DNA of 64,000 nucleotides. Origin: Balanoglossus misakiensis (Eukaryota > Animalia > Hemichordata). The stretch lies in the NCBI GenBank assembly GCA_040954595.2, contig CM082576.2:10419129-10483128 (forward strand), written 5' to 3'. A program made the translations under genes and the position numbers. Under the pieces are notes generated by a model. That model was not told where the DNA came from, made no database searches, and was given only the letters and a program-made list of their open reading frames with translations. Every line of letters begins with the position of its first letter. The first letter of the stretch is position 1. This document shows, piece by piece, positions 30,577 through 42,330 of the stretch.

Positions 30577-31715
30577 ATGTCCGCGAAACTGTCATTCGCA
30601 CTCGCTCTACTGGCCGTTGTCTCCTCCGTGAGTGCCCACAGAGGATTTGGTGGTCGTAGAATTGGTGGTTCTAGAGTTGGCCCCAGTGATGGTCAAGCGT
30701 GTGGCTTTGCTTCAACCACAATTTTCGACAACACGCTCTTGAACAACTTGATGGTCGAGATTCCTTGCGATGATGAAATTGAAGGCCTGCCCTCGCAGAT
30801 CAGTGGCCTCGTCGCCGATCAACCCCGGGTATCGTACCTCGCAGCGCTGGCAGGCGAAAAGGTATTCGTTGGTCGTGCGCTCATTGAATTTGGAGTCTCA
30901 TCCAAACTGGATACAGTTAGCGTTAAAAGCTACGTGAGTATTGTACAATTTGGGTTTTAGGATTCAATAGTTGTACATAGTTTTCTAGTTTTTCCCCTAT
31001 GACAAAACATTTCTAATAGCTATATTGCAGTTCCGTGTCTGTAAACCTCAAATTTTCATTTCGGCCAGCTTTAACATTTTTGTGAACTTTGATATTTATG
31101 TCAAATATTATATACTGCGAAAATTTTGCTGAGCTCTCTACAGATATTGATCTCACACAGTGAAAATGAGCTCTACTTTCCCTCCTATGTTGACTTTTAT
31201 CCAAGAAACGTTTTTTTTTTCAAATCTCCGAATGTGACCTATTAAATCTCTCTCATATATGAAGGGGCGGAAGGTAATCAGTGCTGAAGATTTGGATGGC
31301 TGCTACAAATGTACTGTGGACGTCTATACATCAAGTGATATTAAGGCAACAACATGTTCTCGAATAGTAAGTAGGCTATCTTACGAAAATGCAGCATTGC
31401 TATTCCACATGTTCCATTGGCGAGACTCTGGTTTCCTTGAAACCAACGTCTGTAGACCTGTGGTCTTTTTAGTCGAGGACCTCTGGTGCGACTGCTTTAA
31501 TACTGTCGTGGTATCGATCTACCGAATCGATCTATAGTACTGTATTACATACACCTGTTTTTCAACTTCTACAGGATTCCTGTATTCCTGAACTGGATGG
31601 CATATACTGGGGAGCATCTTCACCAGTGGAAACAGATGCATGGGTTTCATCATGTTTAATTGAAGGGAACGATGAAAAATACACTACTTATTGTAAATTT
31701 CGAAAGATAGCCTAA
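30577..31715 (+). CDS. Unidentified secreted cysteine-containing protein (199 aa, 3 coding exons)
   Basis: Exons 30577-30933 (donor gtgagt), 31265-31366 (donor gtaagt) and 31575-31715, all phase 0. Signal peptide MSAKLSFALALLAVVSSVSA; 8 Cys. Splice acceptor just upstream of the ATG (~30551), a probable non-coding first exon ending ~29956 (gtaagt), and AATAAA at ~31838 and ~31895. Confidence 0.62.
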
Positions 31716-32314
31716 TCTCCACGGTTTAAGCCCCCAAAAGTTTTGTGATCGACATCATTCCAGAACAGGCGTTTAGAAATTGTTTTGGGTGTGACTTTTG
31801 GTGACTTGTCGGTGTTTTTCTCTTCCAACACTAGTGAAATAAACAAAGATCTCATACGCATTAGAAATGGCATGGTGTTTAAATGATGGTTGTGAATAAA
31901 TGCACACAAAAACGACCAGAACGATCTCGTATGAGTAGTCAACTTGCACAGTTCCTCCCTGTTATAGAGGCCGGACTATGGTAGGCCTACATTGTAAACT
32001 TTTCATCGTCATCTTTGAAATGACCTCGTCTGAAGTGGAATATATAGTACTGATGACACAGAAATATGGTTTGGCTCCTCGATATTTACCAAATAGTTTT
32101 CAAGAACTAATATTTTATCAAATATTTCCAGATCACAAAAACTTCCATCTGTAATAATATATTAACGGCGCCTGCTTCCCGTCCAGAAAATGGGAGAAGC
32201 GCTTTCTCAGTCGAGTACATGTACAGACACCAGGCTATGGAACACACTGTTTGAGTGGAAAATGAGTTGGCTTTATTCTCTTCTGAAATAAAATAGATAA
32301 ATATACAATAAATA

Positions 32315-32358
32315 GATGGATGGATGGATGGATGGATGGATGGATGGATGAGTGGATG
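32315..32358 (+). repeat. (GATG)n microsatellite
   Basis: Tandem GATG units between the orphan gene and MTX2. Confidence 0.93.
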
Positions 32359-32466
32359 AACGAACGAAAAACCCAATACATGTACTAAATAAATAAAATA
32401 AAATTAGGTAACTCTACATGTACTATAAACCAACTAACTTTAAAAAATTAAAAATATTAGACAAGC

Positions 32467-32659
32467 TTAAAGGTATACGGTCACCTATGGAAAATTAGCT
32501 ATAGTTACCATGGCAAAATAAGATCTAGCCAATCACTGATTTTCAGTGGGTGGCACACGCGAAAAAAAGAGCGCCACCGTATGTTCTTTAGAACGCTCAA
32601 ATACACCATTTCAGCCATATATGGGCGTACGTTATTTGGAGGTGACTGTATACCTTTAA
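32467..32659. mobile_element. MITE with TTAA target-site duplication (T2/Kolobok-like termini)
   Basis: TTAA-AGGTATACGGTCACCT ... AGGTGACTGTATACCT-TTAA: 16-bp TIRs with one mismatch, 185-bp element, no transposase. Confidence 0.85.
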
Positions 32660-32932
32660 CGCTCAAGCACAGGAAGATTTCAACCATGGTCCCTCATAAA
32701 CTGGTCGTGCCTGATGTGAGCAATCCAATCAGAAATTTCTCCTCCGTCGCCCTCCCCTCTCCCACTTACCCCGCCCTCCACGTCGTGTTGTGGTGCAACA
32801 TAGGACGACCCCGGTTAACCCCATGACCTTTGACATGGGTCAGCTGTGAAACGTGCAGATTCAAGCGATTGCGCACCGTACCATCGCCGGTTTTGTATTT
32901 TCTAGCCAAAATAGACCATCATTACGAAGATC

Positions 32933-35324
32933 ATGGCAACTCTAACTGCCCAAGCTGTAACGAGCCAAATGGCTGGTAGGTGACGATGTTACAAATATGC
33001 ACATTTTGTTCGGTTTCAAATCCGCTTTCATGCTGTGGTGACTGGTGGTGTTTAGTGTGGTGTTATGATGTGGCCCGTAGCCGGGGCAGTGGACCCTCAG
33101 CATTGTGGTGTGTTGATGTTTTGAGGTGTTATTAGGGCTGTAGTGTTGGCACACACCCCCCCCCCCCCATTGCCTCTCTCTCTCTCATCAGTCTCTTGGT
33201 TGTAATTGGGGTACACCATTTGATATGGGCGGGGGTTAAAACATGGTGGTGAGTGAGCCTCCGTGATTTTGTTAAAGTATTCAAACAATTTCAAAGAACA
33301 TCTGTATGTGTATGATATCCCTTTGTACATTTTTCTTGCAGGAAAGGAGAAATTACAGGATAAAGTGTGTTTATTCCAACCGTATGAAGGTATGTCATCC
33401 ATGTCTGAAAATGATTACATCCATCAATTCCTAGGAATGGTGATGAAGCCACTGTATGTTTACTGTGTTTTGCGATACGATCCAATATGGCTGGCTGAAT
33501 CACAATATAAAGTTCCCTTAGCTTTTACTATAGTATAACTGTCTGTGTCAGAAACTGTGTTTGAGGTGATCCAATCTAGGTCCCTGAATTTAACAACAGA
33601 CACTATTTTGTCAGTTGAACAGATCATTCTGCCGGAAACTGCACAGAGTTTAGCTGTCAAGACGTTTCTTAGTATGTGTGATATTAAATATCAGCTGGAG
33701 TTGAGAACGAATGCAGAACAAATGTCACCATCAGGTAAGTTAATTATGACACTTCTGAACAGTATCGTTTGGTTGTTTTTGATTGGTCAGTTCCTTTGAC
33801 AATTCACTCTTCAAACAGGTTAACTTCAGGTGATGATAATTTTTATTCACAGGAAAAGTTCCATTTATCAAAGTTGGTCCACACATTGTGTCGGAGTTTG
33901 AACCTGTCATTGAGTTCTATGCTGCCAGGGTAAGTATGGATAGTTTTGTCACTTTTAAAAGAAACGACTATTATAAATTTACATGCAGACCATGACTTTC
34001 GTACTACATGCTACAAAAAGACATGCAGCATTGCAGGTCTTAGTGCAGTCTCAACTTCTAAAATGTCATATTTTTAACACAGGCTGTGAATCGAATATTT
34101 CTAAATAACAGAAACCTGTTCCTGTTTTTCTCTAGGGGAAATCTTTATCAGCAGACATGGATATGAGTCAGAGAGCAGAAATGAAATCTTACATGTCACT
34201 AGTGATCAGTAACTTGCATATGGCAGAGGTATGTTGCTATGGTAATGGCTGATGATCTGAAACAACTGAAGAATGTATGTTACCTTTGATTGCTTTTTGC
34301 TCATATGAAGGATGAATTCTGGAATGGAATTTACACTGGTATCTCTGTGTGTGGATTGTCAACCTAAAGGCTATTGGTCATAATAATAACACTGGTGCTC
34401 TTGTAATTTTCTGAATTTGGTATTTTCTTTCTCTCAGTTACATGTTTCATGGTATGACAGTACAACGGTTGAAGAGATCACACGACCTAGGTATGGATCT
34501 CCGTATCCGTGGCCACTGAATCATATTCTAGCCTACAGCAAACAGTGGGAAGTCTATAGACTACTCCACTCTTCTGGATGGACGGCAAAAACATTGGAAC
34601 AGGTAACAAATGAACTGCCATTCATGCAGCTTATCATCACAATGTCTTATTCTCAGCAGTCTGGAAATCAGAACATGGTTGCTATAGAGTCCATATAACT
34701 TCAAATTAATATTGGTCGGACTGCTTTTTCACTTTGGCAGGTGTATGCAGAAGTTGATATATGTTGCAAGGCTTTGTCGGAACGTCTGGACAATCAATAC
34801 TACTTCTTCCTCGATCGGTAAGTACGATCTGCTGTTGAATTGTACGTACCAGGTAGTAGTAGTCATTTGCTTTTTACTCATAACCTCCAGCTGCAGTGCA
34901 TAAGAGAGACATGGGGATGGGTCTGCAAAAAGCCCAAACATCACACCCAGGGCAGTTAAACCATATTTGGGCAGTCAGAATTGATGGTTGTGGCGCCCTC
35001 GCTCAGTAGGAGAGAGTCAATATCTTGCATATAGACAGCCTCATTTTGAAAACGGGGCGGCCATCTTTGATTTGTCGAGTTGTACGGTGTGTATAACTTA
35101 CACTAACATTTCCCATTCCTTGATTATTTTACCCCAGACCAACTGAACTTGACGCCTTGGTGTTCGGTCACCTGTACACCTTGCTCACAACACGACTCAC
35201 AAACAAGAAATTCGTGGAGATCATTGAGAAGTATCCCACATTGATTCGGTTCTGTCAGCGCATTGAGAAAGAATACTTCGAAGAGAAGCATGCAGCTGCC
35301 GTTAACAATGAAAGCGTGGAGTGA
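32933..35324 (+). CDS. MTX2: Metaxin-2
   Basis: Exons ~32933-32975, 33342-33389, 33615-33734, 33853-33929, 34136-34228, 34438-34602, 34741-34817, 35138-35324. Motifs include [60 protein letters not shown] and [18 protein letters not shown]. Confidence 0.95.
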
Positions 35325-36477
35325 AGCAGTCAATGTGTCCTCATTCGTACATGTATTTATATACTTGGATGCTGTGTTGGAATCCAAGATGCATAACATT
35401 TCTGATATTGGTAACTTGTAAATGCAGAGTCCTGCGTCTGTCAACAGTTTTGATCACTCTGAGTTTAGAAGTCATTGTTGAAATTTAGCTAAGAATTCAT
35501 TGGAAGTTAAAAATATCAAACTGCTCTGGGCCCTTAAAGTCCTCAGCAGAAAACAAAATTGTCTGTCACTCCCAGAAATAGTCACTTTTGCTAAAATGGG
35601 GATCATGAAATTTGATTTCGCCAAAATCACTCCTGCAAATGGAACTTTTGACCTCGAAAATTCTGCTAAATCCAGACTTTGAGTGTACGAACCCGAAAAT
35701 GAGTAAATACAAACTGTGTTCCGAGGATGCCAAAGAAGTTGTTGTATTATAAACAGAAATCACTTAGGGAAATATGGCCGTACTTGGGCCATCAGGTTTC
35801 ATTTTGTTTTATGTAGTGCTAGTAGCACACTACAATGCAACATATAATTTCCAGTGTCCAATATGAGTGCCAAAAGGAATGTTCAAGATAATTTCTGTGT
35901 GTGTGTGCAATGTACCAACATATTGCACAGTTCAAGATCGCAGTAAAATGCATTATTAAAAAAAATTCTGGCATTTATAGTCTTTTAATACAATAAAAAT
36001 AGAATGTTGCAGATACATATATCCTGAATGGAACATAGTACAGTAATGCAACATCATGAAAGGTGGAAACCCCCCTTCAATGATTTGGCAGTCTGACCTA
36101 CCAATGTGACTTTGTGACTTTCTATGTGCCATGCGATCAGACCCTACAGGCTAATCCTGTCTAAATAAAATCTAAATATAGGTTGCTCTTCTATGAACAT
36201 AAAATTTCTGCCAATCGACACTGCCATCCACTTTTGAAACCTGAAGATGTTCAGCAATGAAGATCTTGCGCATTTCATTGTATCTCCCCAGCACATATGC
36301 TGAAGACGAATCTCTGATGTTTATCTAACATTTTGGTAATACGGGCAGTATAAAACATGCATTTGTCTGATGGCTTCATGGAAACATAGTAGCCGGTGTA
36401 TTTGATACAACATCCTGGTATCTGCATTCTGATACCATGCATGGCTATGCTCTTCGATAAGCTGAAGGGGTCAGAGG

Positions 36478-38697
36478 TCATCCTTGACCGAAATAATCCA
36501 GGCTGGATTTCGCTTTTTCCATTTCGTGCAGGAAGGAGTAGAACTGGGGCACAGTCAGTTCTGTAAAAGATGGAAACAAACAGTGTTGAGCTGGAGAAGG
36601 TTAGGTCTTCGGTGATTTCATTGTTACTGTTAGTACTTCTAGTTTTCTGACAAGTGAATACATTTGAATTGCCACAGAGGGCCATAACTCGGTCAATAAT
36701 TTTGAACACCTGCTACATTCTGTGAATATTCCACAATAATGGATAATTCTCTGTTCAGGTTTGGCTACCGTGCATGGCAGCTTATATTTGAGCACATGAT
36801 TTGCCATGTACACAAACACAAGTGGTGTAAAAAAAGGGAACACAACGATCCTTGTGCCCTGCAGGTTGTGACTTACCCATATAAACATTTTCGGTTCCAT
36901 TGCCTTTATTTACAACCAGTTTCAACTGTAGAAATGTGTTGCCAACTTTGTTCACCTCACTACTGGCTGCTGTCACTATGGAGAAAGTTACAGAAATCAG
37001 TGATTATTTTTTGGACATCCGAGTTCATTTTTCAACAGAGGAAACAAATAAGAAGGGTATTTTGAATTGAAATTCATTGTGTGATACCGGTATTTGTGAA
37101 CTGTACCACGGTCATTTTGTGGAGTAGCCATGACTACCGTATATAAACAGTCAGTTCACTCAACCTTTAACTGGATTTGCGTGAGGAGAGTACTTCACAA
37201 ATTCTGACTGAATACCGCTACATTCCAACTACCCAGACAGACAGACCTGTAGAATGTTGACTGAACATGGTTGACACTTGCCTCCAAATTTCCATTCCAT
37301 ATCAACCAGTTGATTGATCATTAAACTTTGACCAAGAGCTGTCCTGGATAACGCCACCAAATTCGCCTTCCACTGAAACAAAATGAAAATAGAACGTTAA
37401 GTGGTTAGATTGGGTCTAATAGTAAGAGATCTGGAATGACCGATAACTAAGACTCGGGTGTTGCACAAACACTCACCTGATTTGTTAAGTAGCTTGATTT
37501 CTCATCAGACAGACCTACAGAGAACAATTATAGATTTGTTGGATTACTCTATTAGTTTTCGCCCATTTTTCCGATAAGAGACTCATATTTTATCTGAGCA
37601 TATTTTCATGGTTCACACATGTACTACCAATTAATATCAATGGAATGAAACCAAGTTCAATGTGACAGATTGCTACATGTATAATCACATAGGAAAATCC
37701 TCACCTAAATTGACGAGGTCTTCTTGTAGCTGTGGTGGTGTCATGTTTCTCTTGATTGCACCTGAAATGAGAAGAAAATCAACACTATTGTGTACTGCAT
37801 TACGGATATAATTTTTGACCAGGAGTACTAAATACATGTACAGCAAAGTGCATATACATGTATATGTGTGTGGATAATTTGTATTCATAATAATGTAATT
37901 GGTTACTTACTGTATGGGATATTTAGGAGACCTTTAATTGCATTTCTCAGCGCTGAGGCACCTATTCCATGCTCTCCTGCAAATTCATCTAACTGACTCA
38001 GTAATTTCGACGACTGCACAAGAGGAAAAAGTACATGTCAGTTAATTAATTCATCTAGCTTTATATCCAGGAGTTTTCATGTACAAGTGCCATAGTCAAT
38101 TTCCTACTTTCCAGGAATAAATGTTGTTTTTCCAGGATTTCCAAGGATTTTCCAGACGTTTCAAATTACAAGACTTTCCTTGGGTGTTCCAAAACGGGGA
38201 TCATTGTCTAATCCATTTTCATGTACTTACTGTGCTTGGTTCCTTTAAAAAAGTAATAACAATTCCAACCAAGTGTTCAAATGGCTACAAGAGAAACAGA
38301 AGTAATGTTTTAATACAACATTGGACATCACAGAAAAAACACGTCATCAAAACTCTTGATATTCAAGCAGGTTTCTTCAACATGTTCTTGCTTAGTGTGC
38401 CCGTGGGATCACGAATGGACGAAACTCGAAAGAGAGAGAGCAGATATAATGAAAGGGCAAGCCTACAACAGTCCATCCTCAACCCGGAAGTATTCATATG
38501 TACCTCACAGTCAGTCAGTTCATACGATGATACGTCTGATCTGGACATTTCTATTAAACACTGAACATTTTGCAAAGTGGTAGAAACCAGTAAGTGCTGA
38601 TGGACCCACTCACCTCATCGCCAAACTTATTAAGTGTCTGGATATTGGCAAACAACGACTCCGGGGGCGTTTCTGATGTGAAGTGGAAGGTGGCCAT
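36478..38697 (-). CDS. COMMD7: COMM domain-containing protein 7
   Basis: Minus-strand exons from MATFHFTSETPPESLFANIQTLNKFGDE (38697-38614) through GQSLMINQLVDMEWKFGVTAASSEVNKVGNTFLQLKLVVNKGNGTENVYMELTVPQFYSFLHEMEKAKSSLDYFGQG* (stop 36480-36478), matching the COMMD7 C-terminal COMM domain. Confidence 0.93.
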
Positions 38698-39363
38698 GAC
38701 TGGAGCTGCAGGTATCAACTTTGCCGCTGGTGGCGCTGTTGCAAATGATAGGACTCTCGCTTTGCTCAGTTCTTCAAGTCACCGAAACTTTTTTTTTTCA
38801 AACCATTCACGCCTTCTTTTTCACCGGATAATTTTTGAAGGGGTAAACACATCTTTTGAAGTCAAACAAAGTTCACGAGCGACACATTTTTTTCAAGCGC
38901 GACCATTCTGTGGGCTCTCCTTTGCGTTTTTTTTTTTATTCCGTTTCAATAGAGCATGGACTTCATCATGATTACTACTAGTATGTCACTGACTGATTGC
39001 AACAGGAAAATTGTGCCGGTAAATGCCTAATTCCTGTGCTCGGATTGTATTTGGAGAAGATATAATTATACATCTAGTACAAATTTCTGCTACTACACAT
39101 TAACTGCAAGGGCATAAATCGACAAAGTGCGACTGTTGTCGGTTGCAATTTAAAAGTACTTCTCCAGATTGGATCCGTAGGATGATGATTTAATTTCTCC
39201 GCGGATGCACGAAAGCATCCTCTGCTCGTCAAAAGCATCAAACTGCACATGTCGTAAACATTTCAGGTAGTTTATTCCACATTGCGGTAAGCTAACAAAA
39301 CACCTATGTTTTCAATAATTACGTACTGAATACATTTTACCCAGAACAGACTACGAACAGCTC

Positions 39364-39436
39364 GCCTCAGTGGCCAAGTGGCTAAGGCGTCGGTCTCGTA
39401 AACCGAAGATCATGGGTTCGACTCCCATCTGAGGCT
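39364..39436 (+). tRNA. tRNA-Thr(CGU), copy 1
   Basis: GCCTCAG/CTGAGGC acceptor stem, A-box TGGCCAAGTGG, anticodon arm TCGGT-CTCGTAA-ACCGA, T arm ATGGG-TTCGACT-CCCAT, 73 nt. Oligo-T about 35 nt downstream. Confidence 0.95.
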
Positions 39437-39846
39437 TCAACCGGGTTAAACAGCCTGAGTCCTGCTTTCATTTTTGTTGCTTCAAACGGTTATGAATCAT
39501 TACAATTTGACTTAAGTAATCCACAGGTAGTCGTATGAAAATTTAAAAGAAAAGCGGGAATTTCTGAGATTGTTTTAAAACCCCAAAATGGTGAAAAATA
39601 AGTGTAAGTGCGGACAAGCATTTGTGAAATTTGACAAAAAACGCAAGTGTAGGCCTATGGCTACCTGACATGTGTGTGTTGATGATGTCCGTCAAAACGT
39701 ATTTTTCATAACCACTGTCACCGATGGCTCAGGAATTGAAAAATGCAAAACGCTAAAAAATTCCCTTTACTAAGAACGAAAAGTGAATTAAACAACCAGA
39801 GTCTGTACATAACTTTTCTTTTCTCACCAAGATAATCCTAGCAACT

Positions 39847-39919
39847 GTCTCAGTGGCCAAGTGGCTAAGGCGTCGGTCTCGTAAACCGAAGATCATGGGT
39901 TCAACCCCCATCTGAGGCT
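39847..39919 (+). tRNA. tRNA-Thr(CGU), copy 2 (variant)
   Basis: Identical to copy 1 except C2>T (U2-G71 wobble) and T-loop TTCAACC. A TTTT Pol III terminator follows immediately. Confidence 0.88.
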
Positions 39920-42330
39920 TTTAATGAAGATACGATTTTGGTATAAATTTTGTGCACTATTGCGAGAACAGTACCCCAAGTCTCAATTCCAGACCGAAAG
40001 ATTCGGTCATGTGCGGGCGCTCCGATGTCTGGAAGACATGCGTGTTTTTTGCTGTGGGTTTGGATGAACCCGTATATGCCAAGTTCATACACTTGAAGCA
40101 TAACGCAGCTACCAGTTTCCACAGAGCAGATAATTTATGACAAGGCCATACAAAGCCCTTAATGAATCCATTAGGAAATTCCTGCCTAAAGTCATCAGCA
40201 AACTCACCACTTCACTTCACACAGTCTGGTAGTCCAATCTTAGTGTCATACATTTGTTTCAGGAAGCTCTACAGATAATATATCTTAAATTTACCCCCCC
40301 CCCCCCCCCACACACACATACCAGTAAAAGTCCACAGAATAATTACATTAATAGAATAATTTTGTTTCCATTTATTTTGGTGAAGACCTTTCTCGAAAAA
40401 CAACGGCTCTCGTCGAGAAGTTTCATTAACAAATCATACACTGTTTCATTCTACACATTAATACAGTGTGTAATCTTTAAATAGCCAAAACAGGAGACAA
40501 GGAACTCTCTTTGAACTTAACAATTTGGCAAAAGCCCAATAACAATGTATTGCCAACGCAAAAAAGCAAAAAACAAAACAAACAGCTGATGCAAGAACGT
40601 CGTCAACACACCATCAATTTCTCTTGCAATGTTCCTTCTCACCTATCAAATCAATGATAACTTTGATCAATGTTTACCATGCACTTCCGTTGCCCTTTCT
40701 ATGCTCATCATTGTTTTCATATGAAAGACACATGAGACAGAAAGTTGGAATGTTGACGACTTCCTTGAGCTTTTCAAATTAATTGCACTGGCAATAACAG
40801 GTCACTGTGACATTGTTGTCCAGCATTCAATGTTCACAAAAACTTCCATCCACAAATTTTCCCATTTGCTCCCTGGCAGTGATGGAAAACAATGCGCAAG
40901 TATGTCTGTCTCCTTGGCAACATACAGCAAACAAATGTACATCACCTGGAACAGGCTTGAAGGTTTTGCAACAAGATTACACTTTCCCATTTTGTGAATG
41001 CCAGAAAAGAAATCAGCAATGTGCATGTTTGCCAACAGTGAGCACAAAAAAAAAGCATCAAATGGCAAGCATGAAAACAGACAACAAAACTCTCACGTCC
41101 TGGCCTTACATCATGATAAATCTCATGCTCTAGTGGCCATAAACTGGTGACTTTTTATCCGTTATATCACCCCCGATCAGTGTAATCAGGGCCATAGGAC
41201 TGACTCTGTCACTCTGACAGTTACAAACTTTCCAATCATCTTTCCCCTAAAACTATGAACTACATTTTCAAAATATAACTGATTTCCAAATGAATGTATA
41301 TTTTGTTATAATATCTTTATAATTTACATATAACGAGAGTAATGGTATTTTTTTTTTGCTTTTTTATTTTTATTATGGTATAGTCTGTCTCCAGTAGGTA
41401 ACACATAGTTAATAAATGTAAATATTATATGATTTGTGTTCATACAATTCTGATGTGTCAGCACTTTATAGGAACTCAAAGAGGAACTTACTCTCTCCCC
41501 TGCCCCCAAATTTAGCAAATCAAGCACGTATCCACTGCCGTGCATTGCTTACAAATGCATTCACAGACACTTGACATCAACAAAAAGAACAAGAAAACAT
41601 AAAACTCTTTAAAAAAAATGCAAGGCAAATCAGATTTCCCCTCTTCTTGGAATCTAGTTAAGGTAACCAAATAGCTATAAGCATGTAACTCAACTGTATG
41701 AGTACACAGATTCTCCAAAATCGTTATTTCAAACAGATCCATTGTGAGACACTGAAAACAAACATACTAAGCCTTGGGACAAAAGACAACTTCAGTCTTC
41801 ACAACCCCGGATGACATTTGGACAAATTATTTCAGTGTTTTTCCCCCTCTAATAAACAAAGAGACCCTGCCCTTTCCTTACACATCTCTGAGTTGTTACA
41901 GAACTGTATTATACAAAATTTCAGAATGAAATGAGTTGATACCGTGATCACACTGTACTGGGTACTCTGGGACATAACATCAGTTGAACGTTCACAATTA
42001 CTGTGCAAAAGTTTGAGGAAAGAAAATCACTTTAAGATTACAGCAACATTACACTGATCGACATATGAGAAATTCCTCCTTGGTAATGCAATGGTATACT
42101 AGGGTGTAAATAAGTTGACTTGTTTAAAATTGAGTTTCCACAGTGCTGGCAGTATACTATGTGTCTGTGAAGATTACAAAAAAGACCTCAGTAGATCAGG
42201 CATCCAGCCATTTTGGGAATCTCCCACTAAGATCTTCACAACAACCACAGCTTGACTTAATCTCTACAGCCTTTTAATATCAGCCTTGTATCCTTCAGTT
42301 CCCGTTTTACGGTCTTCATCTCTTCATCCC

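Noticed and set aside
30800-30861. PEBP4-like resemblance (QPRVSYLAALAGEK) in the orphan secreted protein
   Set aside because: No DPDxP or GxHR PEBP motifs were found in downstream frames before MTX2, and a stronger donor at 30933 gives a coherent non-PEBP model.
38085-38200. TTTCCAGG-type short repeats (and TACTGAG/TACTGGAG repeats near 57295-57345) considered as an array
   Set aside because: Units and spacing are irregular. Most likely subterminal repeats of decayed transposons, and not CRISPR-like.
38594-38971. 125-aa plus-strand ORF
   Set aside because: It is the antisense shadow of COMMD7 exon 1 and its promoter, with no recognisable product.
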